Below are positions 12,200 through 21,235 of a stretch of 64,000 nucleotides of DNA, piece after piece. Both the position numbers and the translations under genes were made by a program. Below the pieces are notes generated by a model. It saw only the letters and a list, made by a program, of their open reading frames with translations. It was not told the DNA's origin and ran no database searches. The DNA lies in the NCBI GenBank assembly GCA_963741945.1, contig CAVUKA010000008.1:132728-196727 (forward strand), given 5' to 3'. Numbering within the stretch: the first letter of the stretch is position 1; the number at the start of each line of letters is the position of its first letter. This stretch comes from an uncultured Gemmatimonadales bacterium. Lineage in GTDB: Bacteria; Gemmatimonadota; Gemmatimonadetes; Longimicrobiales; RSA9.

Positions 12200-12911
12200 G
12201 GATCTCTCCCCCCTCCAGAACGGCTTCCTCCTCCAGCGCCTCGGCCTCCCGCTCGAGCCTGGCCGCCTGGAAGCGCCACGCCACGAAGACGACCATCAGC
12301 AGCATGAACCCGATGGCGTTGATGAGCAGCCCCCACTTGAACGACGGATCCATGGTGGTGCGCGACGACTGCACCTGGTGCAGCGTGCGCCACCAGCGCA
12401 CCGACATGTACACGATCGGCACGTTCAGCGCGCCGAAGATCCCCACGCCCGCGCTCCATGTGGCCCGCCGCTCCGGGTCTTCGGTGAAGGAGCGCAGGGC
12501 GAGATAGCCGACGAAAATGATGAACAGCACGGCCGTCGAGGTCAGCCGGGCATCCCACGTCCACCACGCCCCCCAGGCCCAGCGGCCCCAGATCGAGCCG
12601 AGGACGAGGGTCAGCCCCAGAAACAGCGTGCCGACCTCGGCCGCCGAGGCCGCCAGCAGGTCCGCCCGCTCCGTCCGCTTCCACAGGTAGACCACGCTCG
12701 ACCCGAACACGATGAAGATCGCCAGGAACGCATTCCACGCGGCCGGCACATGGATGTACATGATCTTCTGCGACGCCTGGTAGTCTTCCGCCACCGGAGC
12801 GACGAAGAACCCGTAGTACTGTCCCGCCAGGACGGCCGCCAGCGCCGCGAGGCTGAGCACCACAAGCCACATCGGCGAACGTTCTCCCCTCCGTGCTCTC
12901 ACCATTGCCAT
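12192..12911 (-). CDS. ccmC: Heme exporter protein CcmC
   Basis: IMYIHVPAAW, GSIWGRWAWGAWWTWDARLT (WWD domain), SVRWWRTLHQ. Confidence 0.95.
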   Translation of the reverse strand: MAMVRARRGERSPMWLVVLSLAALAAVLAGQYYGFFVAPVAEDYQASQKIMYIHVPAAWNAFLAIFIVFGSSVVYLWKRTERADLLAASAAEVGTLFLGLTLVLGSIWGRWAWGAWWTWDARLTSTAVLFIIFVGYLALRSFTEDPERRATWSAGVGIFGALNVPIVYMSVRWWRTLHQVQSSRTTMDPSFKWGLLINAIGFMLLMVVFVAWRFQAARLEREAEALEEEAVLEGGEIHV

Positions 12912-12912
12912 C

Positions 12913-13599
12913 TCATTCCTCGATTACGGCTCCGAACGCGATAATGGACGCGCCCACGAAAATGGTGTCGAATGCGAGCAGCAGCCGCAGCCAGCGCCCA
13001 CTCTCGCCCATGAGGTCGCCCTGGAGCAGCGCCGAGGTGGCTTCCACGGCCGCCACCAGGACGGGCACCAGCATCGGGAACAGCAGCAGCGGGAGCAGCA
13101 CTTCCCGAGCGCGGCTCCGACTGGCCATGGACCCGTAGAACGTCCCCAGCGTCACGAACCCCACCGTCCCGAGGAAGATCACCAGCAGAACCATGGCCGA
13201 ACCGCTCGCCAGCCTGATGTCGTACAGCACCAGCGCGATGGGGATCAACACCGCTTCCACCAGCAGCACGAAGGTCAGGTTCGCGATCACCTTCCCCAGA
13301 AAGATCGAGCTCCGGGCCCCCGGATACAGCAGCAGCGTTTCCAGCGCCCCGCCATCCAGCTCCACCTGGTAGGACCGGTGGAACGCCAGATTGCCGCTGA
13401 AGAGAACGGTCAGCCACACGATCCCCGCCGCCGACGCCCGCAGCGCCGCCGTGTCGGGACCGAGCGCAAAGCCGAACATGAGCAGCATCAGCGTGGCCAG
13501 GAACAGCACGGCGTTGAAGTTCGCCTTCGACCGCCGCTCCGTGGTCAGGTCCTTCCACGCCACTGCCCCCACCCGGGTCAGCTCGCCCCGGAAGCTCAT
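12913..13599 (-). CDS. ccmB: Heme exporter permease CcmB
   Basis: WKDLTTERRSK, DGGALETLLLYP, REVLLPLLLFPMLVP. Confidence 0.93.
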   Translation of the reverse strand: MSFRGELTRVGAVAWKDLTTERRSKANFNAVLFLATLMLLMFGFALGPDTAALRASAAGIVWLTVLFSGNLAFHRSYQVELDGGALETLLLYPGARSSIFLGKVIANLTFVLLVEAVLIPIALVLYDIRLASGSAMVLLVIFLGTVGFVTLGTFYGSMASRSRAREVLLPLLLFPMLVPVLVAAVEATSALLQGDLMGESGRWLRLLLAFDTIFVGASIIAFGAVIEE

Positions 13600-14288
13600 C
13601 GCGCCACCTCCGCCCTCAGCTGGGGCTGCTTCATCGGCGCTCCGTTCCCGTTCACGATCCGGCCCCGCGCGAGCTCGATCACCCGATCCACCACCGCCGC
13701 CGACCGCTCCGGGTCGTGCGTCGCCACCAGCGCGATGCCACCCCGCCCCACGGCTTCCCGGATGATCTCGTTCACAAGCTCGATCCCATCGGCATCGAAG
13801 CTCGCGTACGGCTCGTCCAGCAGGAGCAGCCGCGGTGGACGCATCAACAGCCGCGCCAGCGCAAGACGACGCGTCATCCCCGAGGAGAACCCCTGCGCCC
13901 GCTCCTCCCGCGCCGCGGTGAGGCCCACCCGCTCCAGCGCCTCATCCACCGACACCGCCGTAGCACCCCCCCACATCCGACGCGCGAACTCGAGATTCTC
14001 CACCGCCGTCAGGTCCCCGTATACGCCGGGCGCGTGAAACAGCGCACCCACCTCATTCCGGATCTGGTCCGCCTCCTTCACCAGCTCGTGCCCGAACACC
14101 CGCCCGCCACCCCGCGTCGGCCGCAGCGTTGTGCCCACGATCCGCAACAGGGTGGTCTTCCCGCTGCCGTTGTGCCCCATCAGCGCAACAGCCTCGCCAG
14201 GAGCGGCCGCGAAACTCGCCCCCGCAAGCGCCCACCGGCGCCCGAAGCGCTTCGCGATCCCTTCGACGATCACTCCATCCCTGTTCAC
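13596..14288 (-). CDS. ccmA: Heme ABC exporter ATPase CcmA
   Basis: Walker A GHNGSGKTT, FSSGM signature, LLLLDEP; first gene of the ccm operon. Confidence 0.92.
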   Translation of the reverse strand: MNRDGVIVEGIAKRFGRRWALAGASFAAAPGEAVALMGHNGSGKTTLLRIVGTTLRPTRGGGRVFGHELVKEADQIRNEVGALFHAPGVYGDLTAVENLEFARRMWGGATAVSVDEALERVGLTAAREERAQGFSSGMTRRLALARLLMRPPRLLLLDEPYASFDADGIELVNEIIREAVGRGGIALVATHDPERSAAVVDRVIELARGRIVNGNGAPMKQPQLRAEVAR

Positions 14289-14535
14289 AGCGGCTCCTCC
14301 TCGCAGCCCCCATGGTTCCGTTGGGCCAGAACATAGCGGCGCCCCATGACCCGTTCAATCCCGGAAAACCCCGCTTCCGCGCGGGGGAAACGCCCCGTTC
14401 CGGGGTGCGGGCAGCCCCGCGAATCGATGTCGGGCAATGCCCTACGTGCACGCGCGTGTTCCGTGTAGAGAAGAATCCTATTCCCCCACCTGGATCCCTT
14501 CGCCGGACGACGGAGCGCGCGAAACCACGCGGCCG

Positions 14536-15645
14536 TCAGAACAGGACCCGGACACCGAGACTGCCGAAGAAGCGGCCATCGCGGAGGGGGTCCGTGGTCA
14601 GCATCTGCCTGGGCAGGCCGACATTGGCGAGGTCGTCGGGTGTTACGCCGTCCATGGCTCTCTGATACCCGAGCTCGCCCACCACGTTCAGGAGGGGGAA
14701 GTTGATGGCGATGTCGCCGTAGGCGTTCCAGGCGCCGGTCCGGAGCCGTCCGGCGATTCCGGGGTCGGGACGAAGGATGGTGGTGCCCGAGTCGCCGCAC
14801 TGGTCGGGTGGGCACTGGAGGGCGAAATCGAAGCGGACATCACTGCTGTAGCGGTCGTAGCCGCCGCCCGCAGTGAGGTCGATCATACCGATCCCCTTGG
14901 TAATGGCGGCGCGGAAGCTGGCCGTGCGCAGGTCGGTGTCGAACCGGGCGACATCGCCGCTGCGGGGATCGGAGGCATTCAGGCTCCCGAGCGTCACCGA
15001 GCCCATGCTGCGGAACATCCCGGAGACGGATATACCGGGGAGGATGAGGCCCTGCTGGAGGATCCCGATGCGCGCGCCGGCGCCCCAGCTGAAGAGGCTC
15101 CCCGTGAGCCCGAAGCGGTCGACGGCGGGGGCGAATGACGCACTGCCCAGCAGGTCGACGGCGCCCAGACCGGCGATGGCGGGCCCCGCGGAGAAGCCGT
15201 TGAAAACGCCCACGGCGAAACTGCCCTCGATTGAGGCGAGGGGGACGGTGATGGTCCCCATGGGGGTGAGTCGCCCGTCCTCGAACGCGGGAGTGAAGCC
15301 ATCGTAGAGGTTCGGCAGGTCGGCCAGCGCGGCGTTCACGCGGGCGGCCACGCTCACGCGTGGGACGCCGAACCGGAGACCGATGGTGGTGGCGGTGCCG
15401 GGAGTGTGCGCGCCTCCGGAGAGGGCGATGCCGATGGTTGGCTGCGCGGCCGTGATGGCCGCGACCACCTGCCCGCAGAGGAAGCGGAACTGCTGGTCAA
15501 CGGCTCTCCTCTGCGAAGGAGAGCCGGGCGGTGCGGGCGCGTACGCGATCTCCATGGTTCCGCACGCGGAGAGGAGGTCGCCCTGCGCCGCCAGCGGCGA
15601 GGCGAGGAGAACGGAACCGAGGACGAGTGAGGCGGCGCGTCTCAT
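14536..15645 (-). CDS. Hypothetical exported / outer-membrane beta-barrel protein
   Basis: Signal peptide, beta-strand pattern, C-terminal LGVRVLF resembling a Bam beta-signal. Confidence 0.65.
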   Translation of the reverse strand: MRRAASLVLGSVLLASPLAAQGDLLSACGTMEIAYAPAPPGSPSQRRAVDQQFRFLCGQVVAAITAAQPTIGIALSGGAHTPGTATTIGLRFGVPRVSVAARVNAALADLPNLYDGFTPAFEDGRLTPMGTITVPLASIEGSFAVGVFNGFSAGPAIAGLGAVDLLGSASFAPAVDRFGLTGSLFSWGAGARIGILQQGLILPGISVSGMFRSMGSVTLGSLNASDPRSGDVARFDTDLRTASFRAAITKGIGMIDLTAGGGYDRYSSDVRFDFALQCPPDQCGDSGTTILRPDPGIAGRLRTGAWNAYGDIAINFPLLNVVGELGYQRAMDGVTPDDLANVGLPRQMLTTDPLRDGRFFGSLGVRVLF

Positions 15646-15747
15646 GGGATCACCGGGTCCGTTCCGTGTGCGAATTCCGTTCCCGTGGAGCCGCGGTGCC
15701 GACCGCGGGCGGAGCGAGGCGAGCGGCCGCGGCAGGAACCCGTCGGC

Positions 15748-16350
15748 TCAGCCGCCCTGGTCCTGGCCGCCGAACTGCACCCTGGGCGCCGTCTGGGCGC
15801 CTTCGGGAGCCTGGAAGGGCGTGCGGCGGTCGGCGCCAATGACCCTGGCCGTGATGACCTGCGGGAACTGGCGGATGTAGCTGTTGTAATTCTGCACGGC
15901 CTCGTTGTAGTCGCGCCGGGCCACATTGATCCGGTTCTCGGTCTCCGTGAGCTCGTCCTGGAGGGCGACGAAGCTGCGATTGGCCGTGAGCTGCGGATAC
16001 GCTTCCACGGCGACGTTCAGGAACAGGCGCAGGTTCTCGCCCACGGCGGAGCTGGCCCGCGCCAGGTCATCGGGCTGGGCGTTGCCCTGGACGGCCTGAG
16101 CGAGCTGCTCGCGGGCCTGTGTGAGGCCGGACCGGGCCTCGGCCACACGTGTGAACGTTTGCTGCTCGAACGTGGCCGCCTGGTCGACCGTGGTGACCAG
16201 GTTCGGGATCAGGTCGTTGCGCCGCATCAGCTCTGCTTCGATGTCGGCGCGGCGAGCGGTCACGTTCTCGTCCAGCGTCTGGATCCGGTTGTAGCCACAG
16301 CCGGAAAGCGTGGCGGCGAGCATCAGCACTCCGGCCAGCGAACGCTTCAT
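15748..16350 (-). CDS. lemA: LemA-family (lipo)protein
   Basis: LSGC lipobox, GYNRIQTLDE, RRNDLIPNLV, EAYPQL, LQDELTETENRINVARRDYNEAV. Start corrected to ATG 16350. Confidence 0.93.
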   Translation of the reverse strand: MKRSLAGVLMLAATLSGCGYNRIQTLDENVTARRADIEAELMRRNDLIPNLVTTVDQAATFEQQTFTRVAEARSGLTQAREQLAQAVQGNAQPDDLARASSAVGENLRLFLNVAVEAYPQLTANRSFVALQDELTETENRINVARRDYNEAVQNYNSYIRQFPQVITARVIGADRRTPFQAPEGAQTAPRVQFGGQDQGG

Positions 16351-17075
16351 GGGGTGTCTCCATCGAGGGTGTCCACGTATTCGGCCGTGCGCTCGAGGAT
16401 CCCGTGCACCGCCAGAACGTGGGGGTCGGCCACCGACATTTCGGGAATGGAACGATCGAGGCGCAGCTTCCACAGCTCCAGCAGCGGCTCCGGTTCTGCG
16501 CCGACCAGACTGGCGCCGCGCTCCAGCGTATCGCTGCTCGCGGCCGGGACTGCTTCGCCGGACAGGCGGAGCGCAGCGCGCAGATAGGCCGTGACGGACG
16601 GCATCGCGGTGAGCAGCAGCCGACCGAGTGTTCGGGGGTCGCGGGCGCCCAGGAGGGTGCCGTGCCGGAGGTGGATCAGCTTGCCCCGCAGCTCCCGCTC
16701 GGCCTGGAGGCGGAGATCGCCGCGCTCCACGGTGGCGCCGGCGATCGGGTCGTCGCCCTGGAGGACGTCGCGGACCTCCAGCATGTCGGCGGTCTCGATG
16801 GCGAAGACATCGCTGGCGGCGCTCCATTCGTCCCACGTGAGGACGAGCGGCAGCGAGCGTCGGGTGTCCAGCCAGTCGCGGGCCGCGGGAGCGAGCTGCT
16901 CGAAGAGCGTCGCGTCGACGGCGTCGACGAGGACGAGGAGGTTGACGTCGCTCGCGCCTTCCACCGCTTCGCCGCGGGCCACGGACCCGTGGAGGACCAC
17001 GCTGCGAAGCCGATCGCCCAGGAGCCCCGTCAACCGGACCGCGTAGTCGTGTGCCGCTTCTCTCAGGTCGCTCAT
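16347..17075 (-). CDS. Nucleotidyltransferase-fold (Pol-beta/MNT-like) protein
   Basis: SVVLHGSVARGE...SDVNLLVLV followed by a helical C-terminal domain. ATG 17075 has a GGTG SD and the stop overlaps lemA (ATGA). Confidence 0.8.
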   Translation of the reverse strand: MSDLREAAHDYAVRLTGLLGDRLRSVVLHGSVARGEAVEGASDVNLLVLVDAVDATLFEQLAPAARDWLDTRRSLPLVLTWDEWSAASDVFAIETADMLEVRDVLQGDDPIAGATVERGDLRLQAERELRGKLIHLRHGTLLGARDPRTLGRLLLTAMPSVTAYLRAALRLSGEAVPAASSDTLERGASLVGAEPEPLLELWKLRLDRSIPEMSVADPHVLAVHGILERTAEYVDTLDGDTP

Positions 17076-17076
17076 G

Positions 17077-17850
17077 TCACCACCCCCTGCCTGCGCCGCC
17101 GCCGCCGAAGCCCCCTCCACCGCCGAACCCACCGAACCCACCGCCGCCGAAGCCACCGAAGCCGCCGCGATGGCCGAAGCCGCCCATGGGGAACGGGAGG
17201 AAGAGCGGAAGGCCCCGCCTCCGCCGCCCGCCGCGGGCGAAGAAGCTGAACAGGACGAATGCGAGGATGACCCAGATCAGCCAGGAGTTGCCGGAATCCC
17301 GATGGGGCTCCTGCGGGAGTTCGTAGTTGCCGTTGAGCTGGAAGCCGAAATGGTCCGCGTACCGCAGGGCAAGCGCGCCCACGGCCGCGTAGATACCCGG
17401 GCCGTAGTCGCCCGCCCGGAATGCCGGCACCATGTAGTCGTCCGCGATGCGCCCGGCGTCCGCCGCGGTGATGAACGTGTTCGTGGTGGTGCCCAGCTCG
17501 ATCTTCAGCCGGCGCTCCGTGGGTGCGACCAGAACCACGGTTCCGGTGTTCCGGAATCGATCGCCCGCCTCCCCCTTGGGGCCGATCTTCCACTCGCGCC
17601 CGATCTGCAGCGCAACCTCATCGGCTGTCCGTCCCTCGAGCGACGGCAGCGTCACCACCACGATCTCCCCCCCGCTCTTCGCCCGCACCTCATCGATGAT
17701 CGCCTCCATCTTCTGCTCGTATTCCACGGGGATCACGTCGGCGAAGTCATTGACGTATCCCACGGGCTGGGGCAGCTGGATCTGGGCGGATGCGTCCGTG
17801 CCGCCCAGCAGGGAGAGCAGGACGAAGGCGAGGACCGGCAGTCGGCGCAC
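17077..17850 (-). CDS. TPM (DUF477) domain membrane protein with Gly-rich tail
   Basis: GYVNDFADVI, EIVVVTLPSLEG, WKIG, RRLKIELG, one TM helix, GGGGFGGGGAGRGW. Start GTG 17850 (17883 also possible). Confidence 0.88.
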   Translation of the reverse strand: MRRLPVLAFVLLSLLGGTDASAQIQLPQPVGYVNDFADVIPVEYEQKMEAIIDEVRAKSGGEIVVVTLPSLEGRTADEVALQIGREWKIGPKGEAGDRFRNTGTVVLVAPTERRLKIELGTTTNTFITAADAGRIADDYMVPAFRAGDYGPGIYAAVGALALRYADHFGFQLNGNYELPQEPHRDSGNSWLIWVILAFVLFSFFARGGRRRRGLPLFLPFPMGGFGHRGGFGGFGGGGFGGFGGGGGFGGGGAGRGW

Positions 17851-18030
17851 GATGATCCTTTGCAGGGTATCGGAGAAGGGCACGGCAGCGCCGCGGCCCG
17901 TAATCACTGGATCCTTGGATGATGGGGCCGGTGCCCCTCGGCCACAACCTCTCCCCCGTCGACGCGTCCCGGCCCGCGGCCGACCTGGGGCGGTGCCCGG
18001 GGCCCCGATGACCCGGGACTCGCGCACGAG

Positions 18031-18064
18031 GAGCGGCCGGCCCCGTGCGCGGGGCCGGCCGCTC
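18031..18064 (-). terminator. 15-bp perfect GC hairpin immediately 3' of the tRNA (terminator or processing hairpin)
   Basis: GAGCGGCCGGCCCCG-tgcg-CGGGGCCGGCCGCTC; no clear U-tract. Confidence 0.5.
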
Positions 18065-18065
18065 A

Positions 18066-18139
18066 TGCGCCCGGCAGGACTCGAACCTGCGGCCCCGAGT
18101 TTAGGAAACTCGTGCTCTATCCACCTGAGCTACGGGCGC
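18066..18139 (-). tRNA. tRNA-Arg (anticodon CCT), CCA not encoded
   Basis: GCGCCCGTAGCTCAGGTGGATAGAGCACGAGTTTCCTAAACTCGGGGCCGCAGGTTCGAGTCCTGCCGGGCGCA folds as a cloverleaf. Confidence 0.97.
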
Positions 18140-18150
18140 TCGAAGCCCTC

Positions 18151-18179
18151 AATCTAGGGCAAACTCCCTGCCCCGTCAG
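18151..18179 (-). promoter_or_regulatory. Putative sigma70 promoter of the tRNA
   Basis: CTGACG-N17-TAGATT ending 11 nt upstream of the tRNA. Confidence 0.6.
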
Positions 18180-18730
18180 TGGCGGGATGAAGCGAGATAC
18201 CCGGCCAGCACGGCACCCAGGAGGGAGGTCAGCCGATCGGAGGCCGCCATGTCCGATTCCACCGCCGCCGTCCCCTGCGCCCGCAAACGAGCGGCGAGCG
18301 ATTCGAGACGGTCCGCCAGCGCTTCCACTGCCGGCGAGGGGCCGTGCGCCATCTCCCCGGCCCGGTCGGCAGCCATCCTGCTGTCGGGCAGCTCCGTATC
18401 GAGGTCGAACACGTCGAAGGGGAACTCATCCCCGGCCCGGTCGTTGGCCGCCGCTTCCGGTTCCCCTGACGTGAGGCCCTGGTCGGGCTCGGCGCCGTCC
18501 ACCGTGCGGTCGAACGGGAAAGCCTCATCGGCCTGGATCATGGGTACGGGCTCCACGGTCCCGGATTCGCGCGCCACCCCTGCACCGCTCGCCGATGCTC
18601 GGTCGCGCGCGGGCATGAAGGGCGGCACCAGTCCGGTGACGTCCGCCGCCTGGCCTTCGGCGCGGCGCGTGGTGGTCGGCGGCGTGGGGGCGTCGCCCGG
18701 CCCGGTCCCCCGCTGGCCTTCGTCGCTCAT
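18176..18730 (-). CDS. Hypothetical protein: acidic Pro-rich disordered region plus C-terminal helices
   Basis: ATG 18730 preceded by AGGAG; ORF fills the gap between yqaA and the tRNA. Confidence 0.6.
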   Translation of the reverse strand: MSDEGQRGTGPGDAPTPPTTTRRAEGQAADVTGLVPPFMPARDRASASGAGVARESGTVEPVPMIQADEAFPFDRTVDGAEPDQGLTSGEPEAAANDRAGDEFPFDVFDLDTELPDSRMAADRAGEMAHGPSPAVEALADRLESLAARLRAQGTAAVESDMAASDRLTSLLGAVLAGYLASSRH

Positions 18731-18811
18731 CCCCGACTCCTGGTTGGCCGGAACGTGCAAAGCTAGGATTGGCGGCAAGATAGGGCGGCCTTTACGGGAG
18801 CGCCACCGGAT

Positions 18812-19477
18812 TCAGCCGAGCACGAGCTTGATGACCACGAAGCCGCCGATGAGCAGAGCCAGGAAGAGCCAGGCCAGGCGGTCGAAGTGGCGATCGATGA
18901 AGCCCTGGATGGACGGTCCCTTGTAGTAGATGAGCCCGGCCACGAGGAAGAAGCGCGCGCTCCGGCTGATGGCGGACGCGACCAGGAACACGGGAAGCGA
19001 GATCCGGAACACCCCTGCCGAGAGCGTGAAGACCTTGAACGGGATCGGAGTGAATCCCGCCGCGAAGATGCTCCAGAAATCGTAGCGGTCGTAGAGCGCC
19101 CGGACGGTCGCGAACGCATCGGGCGTGACGCCCGGAACGTAGGCATAGAAGAACTGGTCGACGGCGTGCCACAGTCCCCATCCGATGCCGTAGCCGGCCA
19201 GGCCGCCCACGATGGAGGCCAGCGAGCAGACGAGCGCGAAGCGGAGCGCCCGTCGTGGCGCTCCGAGGGCGAGGGCGATCAGGAGCGGATCGGGCGGAAT
19301 CGGGAAGAAGGAGGATTCGGCGAAAGCGAAGGCGAAGAGCGCTCTCTCACCGCTGGGCCGTTCAGCGAACGAGAGCACCCAGTCGTACAGCCGTCGGAAC
19401 AGCCCCGGCCGCGGCTCGGGGCCGTCGCCGGGGTACGGGCTGGGGGTCGTTCCGGGCGCCTCGGGAGAGCCCGTCAT
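18812..19477 (-). CDS. YqaA/DedA-family membrane protein
   Basis: RRLYDWVLSFA, FAESSFFPIPPDPLL, AGFTPIPFKVFT. Confidence 0.9.
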   Translation of the reverse strand: MTGSPEAPGTTPSPYPGDGPEPRPGLFRRLYDWVLSFAERPSGERALFAFAFAESSFFPIPPDPLLIALALGAPRRALRFALVCSLASIVGGLAGYGIGWGLWHAVDQFFYAYVPGVTPDAFATVRALYDRYDFWSIFAAGFTPIPFKVFTLSAGVFRISLPVFLVASAISRSARFFLVAGLIYYKGPSIQGFIDRHFDRLAWLFLALLIGGFVVIKLVLG

Positions 19478-20121
19478 CACTCGGGCCACCCGAAGCGCCC
19501 GATGAGGGGAACGAACACGCAGCCGGTCACGGCCTTCTCCCGGGTGCCCTCGTCCGTGACCTCCACGAGTGTGAGCTGCTGCTGGTGGCGATCGCCGGTC
19601 GGGATGAGCAGCCGTCCGCCAGGCGCGAGCTGGTCCACCAGGGTCCGGGGCACGGCCGGGGCCGCCGCGGCCACCAGGATGGCGTCGTAGGGAGCGTATT
19701 TCGACCAGCCGAGCGTCCCATCCTTCGTCACCAGCGCGATGTTGCGGTAGCCCAGGGCATCGAGCGCATCCCGGGCGCGCTGCGTCAGCTCGGGGATGCG
19801 CTCCACGGCGTAGACGTTGCCGCTGAGCTCGGCCAGGAGCGCAGTCTGGTACCCGCTCCCCGCGCCCACCTCCAGGACCCGGTCGTCCTCGCCGATCGCC
19901 AGCACCTCGAGATAGAGCGCCTGGAGCGACGGCTGCGAAATGGTCTGCCCGAATCCGATCGGCAGCGCGGTATCCTCGTAGGCGCGCCGTACCACGGCGG
20001 ACGGGACGAACCGGTGTCGCGGCACCCTCTCCACCGCGGCCAGGACCCGGGGGTCCCGAATTCCCTGTTCCCGGATCCGGTCCACCAGCTGACGCCGCTT
20101 GCGTACGTACGGATCGCTCAC
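19477..20121 (-). CDS. pcm: Protein-L-isoaspartate O-methyltransferase
   Basis: VPRHRFV, GQTISQP, VLEVGAGSGYQTA, APYDAILVAAA, FVPLIG. Confidence 0.95.
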   Translation of the reverse strand: MSDPYVRKRRQLVDRIREQGIRDPRVLAAVERVPRHRFVPSAVVRRAYEDTALPIGFGQTISQPSLQALYLEVLAIGEDDRVLEVGAGSGYQTALLAELSGNVYAVERIPELTQRARDALDALGYRNIALVTKDGTLGWSKYAPYDAILVAAAAPAVPRTLVDQLAPGGRLLIPTGDRHQQQLTLVEVTDEGTREKAVTGCVFVPLIGRFGWPE

Positions 20122-20867
20122 AGGGCCAGCCCCCAGCGCCGGATATCTTCGAGGAGGTCGAAATTCGTGAGATCCAGGTGGAGCGGCGTGATGGACACGT
20201 AGCCGTCTTCCAGCGCCTGGAAGTCTGAATCGGCCTCCCCCCACCAGCGCGTCTCACCGCCTCCGATCCAGAAATACTCGCGCCCGTTCGGGTCGCGCGC
20301 CCGCGTGAGCGAGCCCTCGTACGCGCGACGCCCGAGCCGGGTGATCCGCGCCCCCTTCACCGTGTCGGGGCTCAGCGGCGGCAGGTTGATGTTGAGCAGG
20401 GTCTCCCGTGGGAAGGCATCCCGGTCCAGGATCTGCCCGAGCAGCGACGAGACCGTCGGAACCCACCCCTCGATCCCCTCCGGGTCCCTGGACGCGTAGG
20501 AGATGGCGACGGCAGGGATCCCGAGGAGAGTCGCTTCCATGGCCGCGGCGACCGTTCCGGAGTAGAGGACGTCGTCGCCCAGGTTGGCCCCCTGGTTGAT
20601 GCCGGAGAGCACCACGTCCGGCCGCCTGTCCAGCAGCTCGCCCAGGGCCAGCACCACACAGTCGGTGGGAGTCCCGTCCACCACGCGCGCCTCGCGCACG
20701 GTCCGGACCCGCAGCGGGTGGTGCATGGTCAGCGAATGGCTCGTGGCGCTCTGCTCCCGGTCCGGCGCAACGACCTGCACGTCCCCGTGCGGCTCCGCCG
20801 CGCGGACGAGCGCGCTGAGCCCCGCGGCGAGATACCCGTCGTCGTTCGTGATGAGGATCTGCTTCAT
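20118..20867 (-). CDS. surE: 5'/3'-nucleotidase SurE
   Basis: ILITNDDG, DGTPTDCV, SGINQGANLGDDVLYSGTVAAA. Confidence 0.96.
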   Translation of the reverse strand: MKQILITNDDGYLAAGLSALVRAAEPHGDVQVVAPDREQSATSHSLTMHHPLRVRTVREARVVDGTPTDCVVLALGELLDRRPDVVLSGINQGANLGDDVLYSGTVAAAMEATLLGIPAVAISYASRDPEGIEGWVPTVSSLLGQILDRDAFPRETLLNINLPPLSPDTVKGARITRLGRRAYEGSLTRARDPNGREYFWIGGGETRWWGEADSDFQALEDGYVSITPLHLDLTNFDLLEDIRRWGLAL

Positions 20868-21235
20868 TCCCCCGAGTCGCCGCGCAGCAGAGCCAGGATC
20901 GAGCGCAGCTCGGTGCGGATCTCGTCCACGGTCGTTTCGTCCAGCGTTCGCCGCGTGGCGGCCTCCAGACCCTTGCCCTTGCGCAGCTCATCGAGCCGCT
21001 GGCGCGCGCCTTCGATCGTGTACTTCTCCTCGTAGAGCAGCTGTTTCACCAGCAGGATCAGGCGGATCTCCTTGCGCTGGTAAACCCGGTTCCCCGCCCT
21101 GTTCTTCGAGGGCTTCAGTGGCGTGAACTGGCTCTCCCAGTAGCGCAGCACATGCGGTTTCAGCCCCACCAGGTCGCAGACCTCACCGATGGAGTAGTAC
21201 TCCTTCCGGATGATCGGCCGTTCGGTCACCGCCAC
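20864..21235 (-). CDS. MerR-family transcriptional regulator
   Basis: YYSIGEV...PHVLRYWESQF..LKPSKNRAGNRVY...LLYEEKYTIEGAR. Confidence 0.9.
   Translation of the reverse strand: MAVTERPIIRKEYYSIGEVCDLVGLKPHVLRYWESQFTPLKPSKNRAGNRVYQRKEIRLILLVKQLLYEEKYTIEGARQRLDELRKGKGLEAATRRTLDETTVDEIRTELRSILALLRGDSGE

Noticed and set aside
14420-14440. FNR-like site upstream of ccmA (TTGCC-N4-ATCGA on the minus strand)
   Set aside because: Three mismatches to the consensus; too weak to support.
17080-17190. Tandem CCGAAGCC / CCGCCG-type repeats
   Set aside because: They encode the GGFGG tail of the TPM protein and are not a CRISPR array or independent repeat.
18031-18180. tRNA-Arg as an integration site for an island
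   Set aside because: I saw no integrase, no duplicated tRNA 3' end and no compositional shift.
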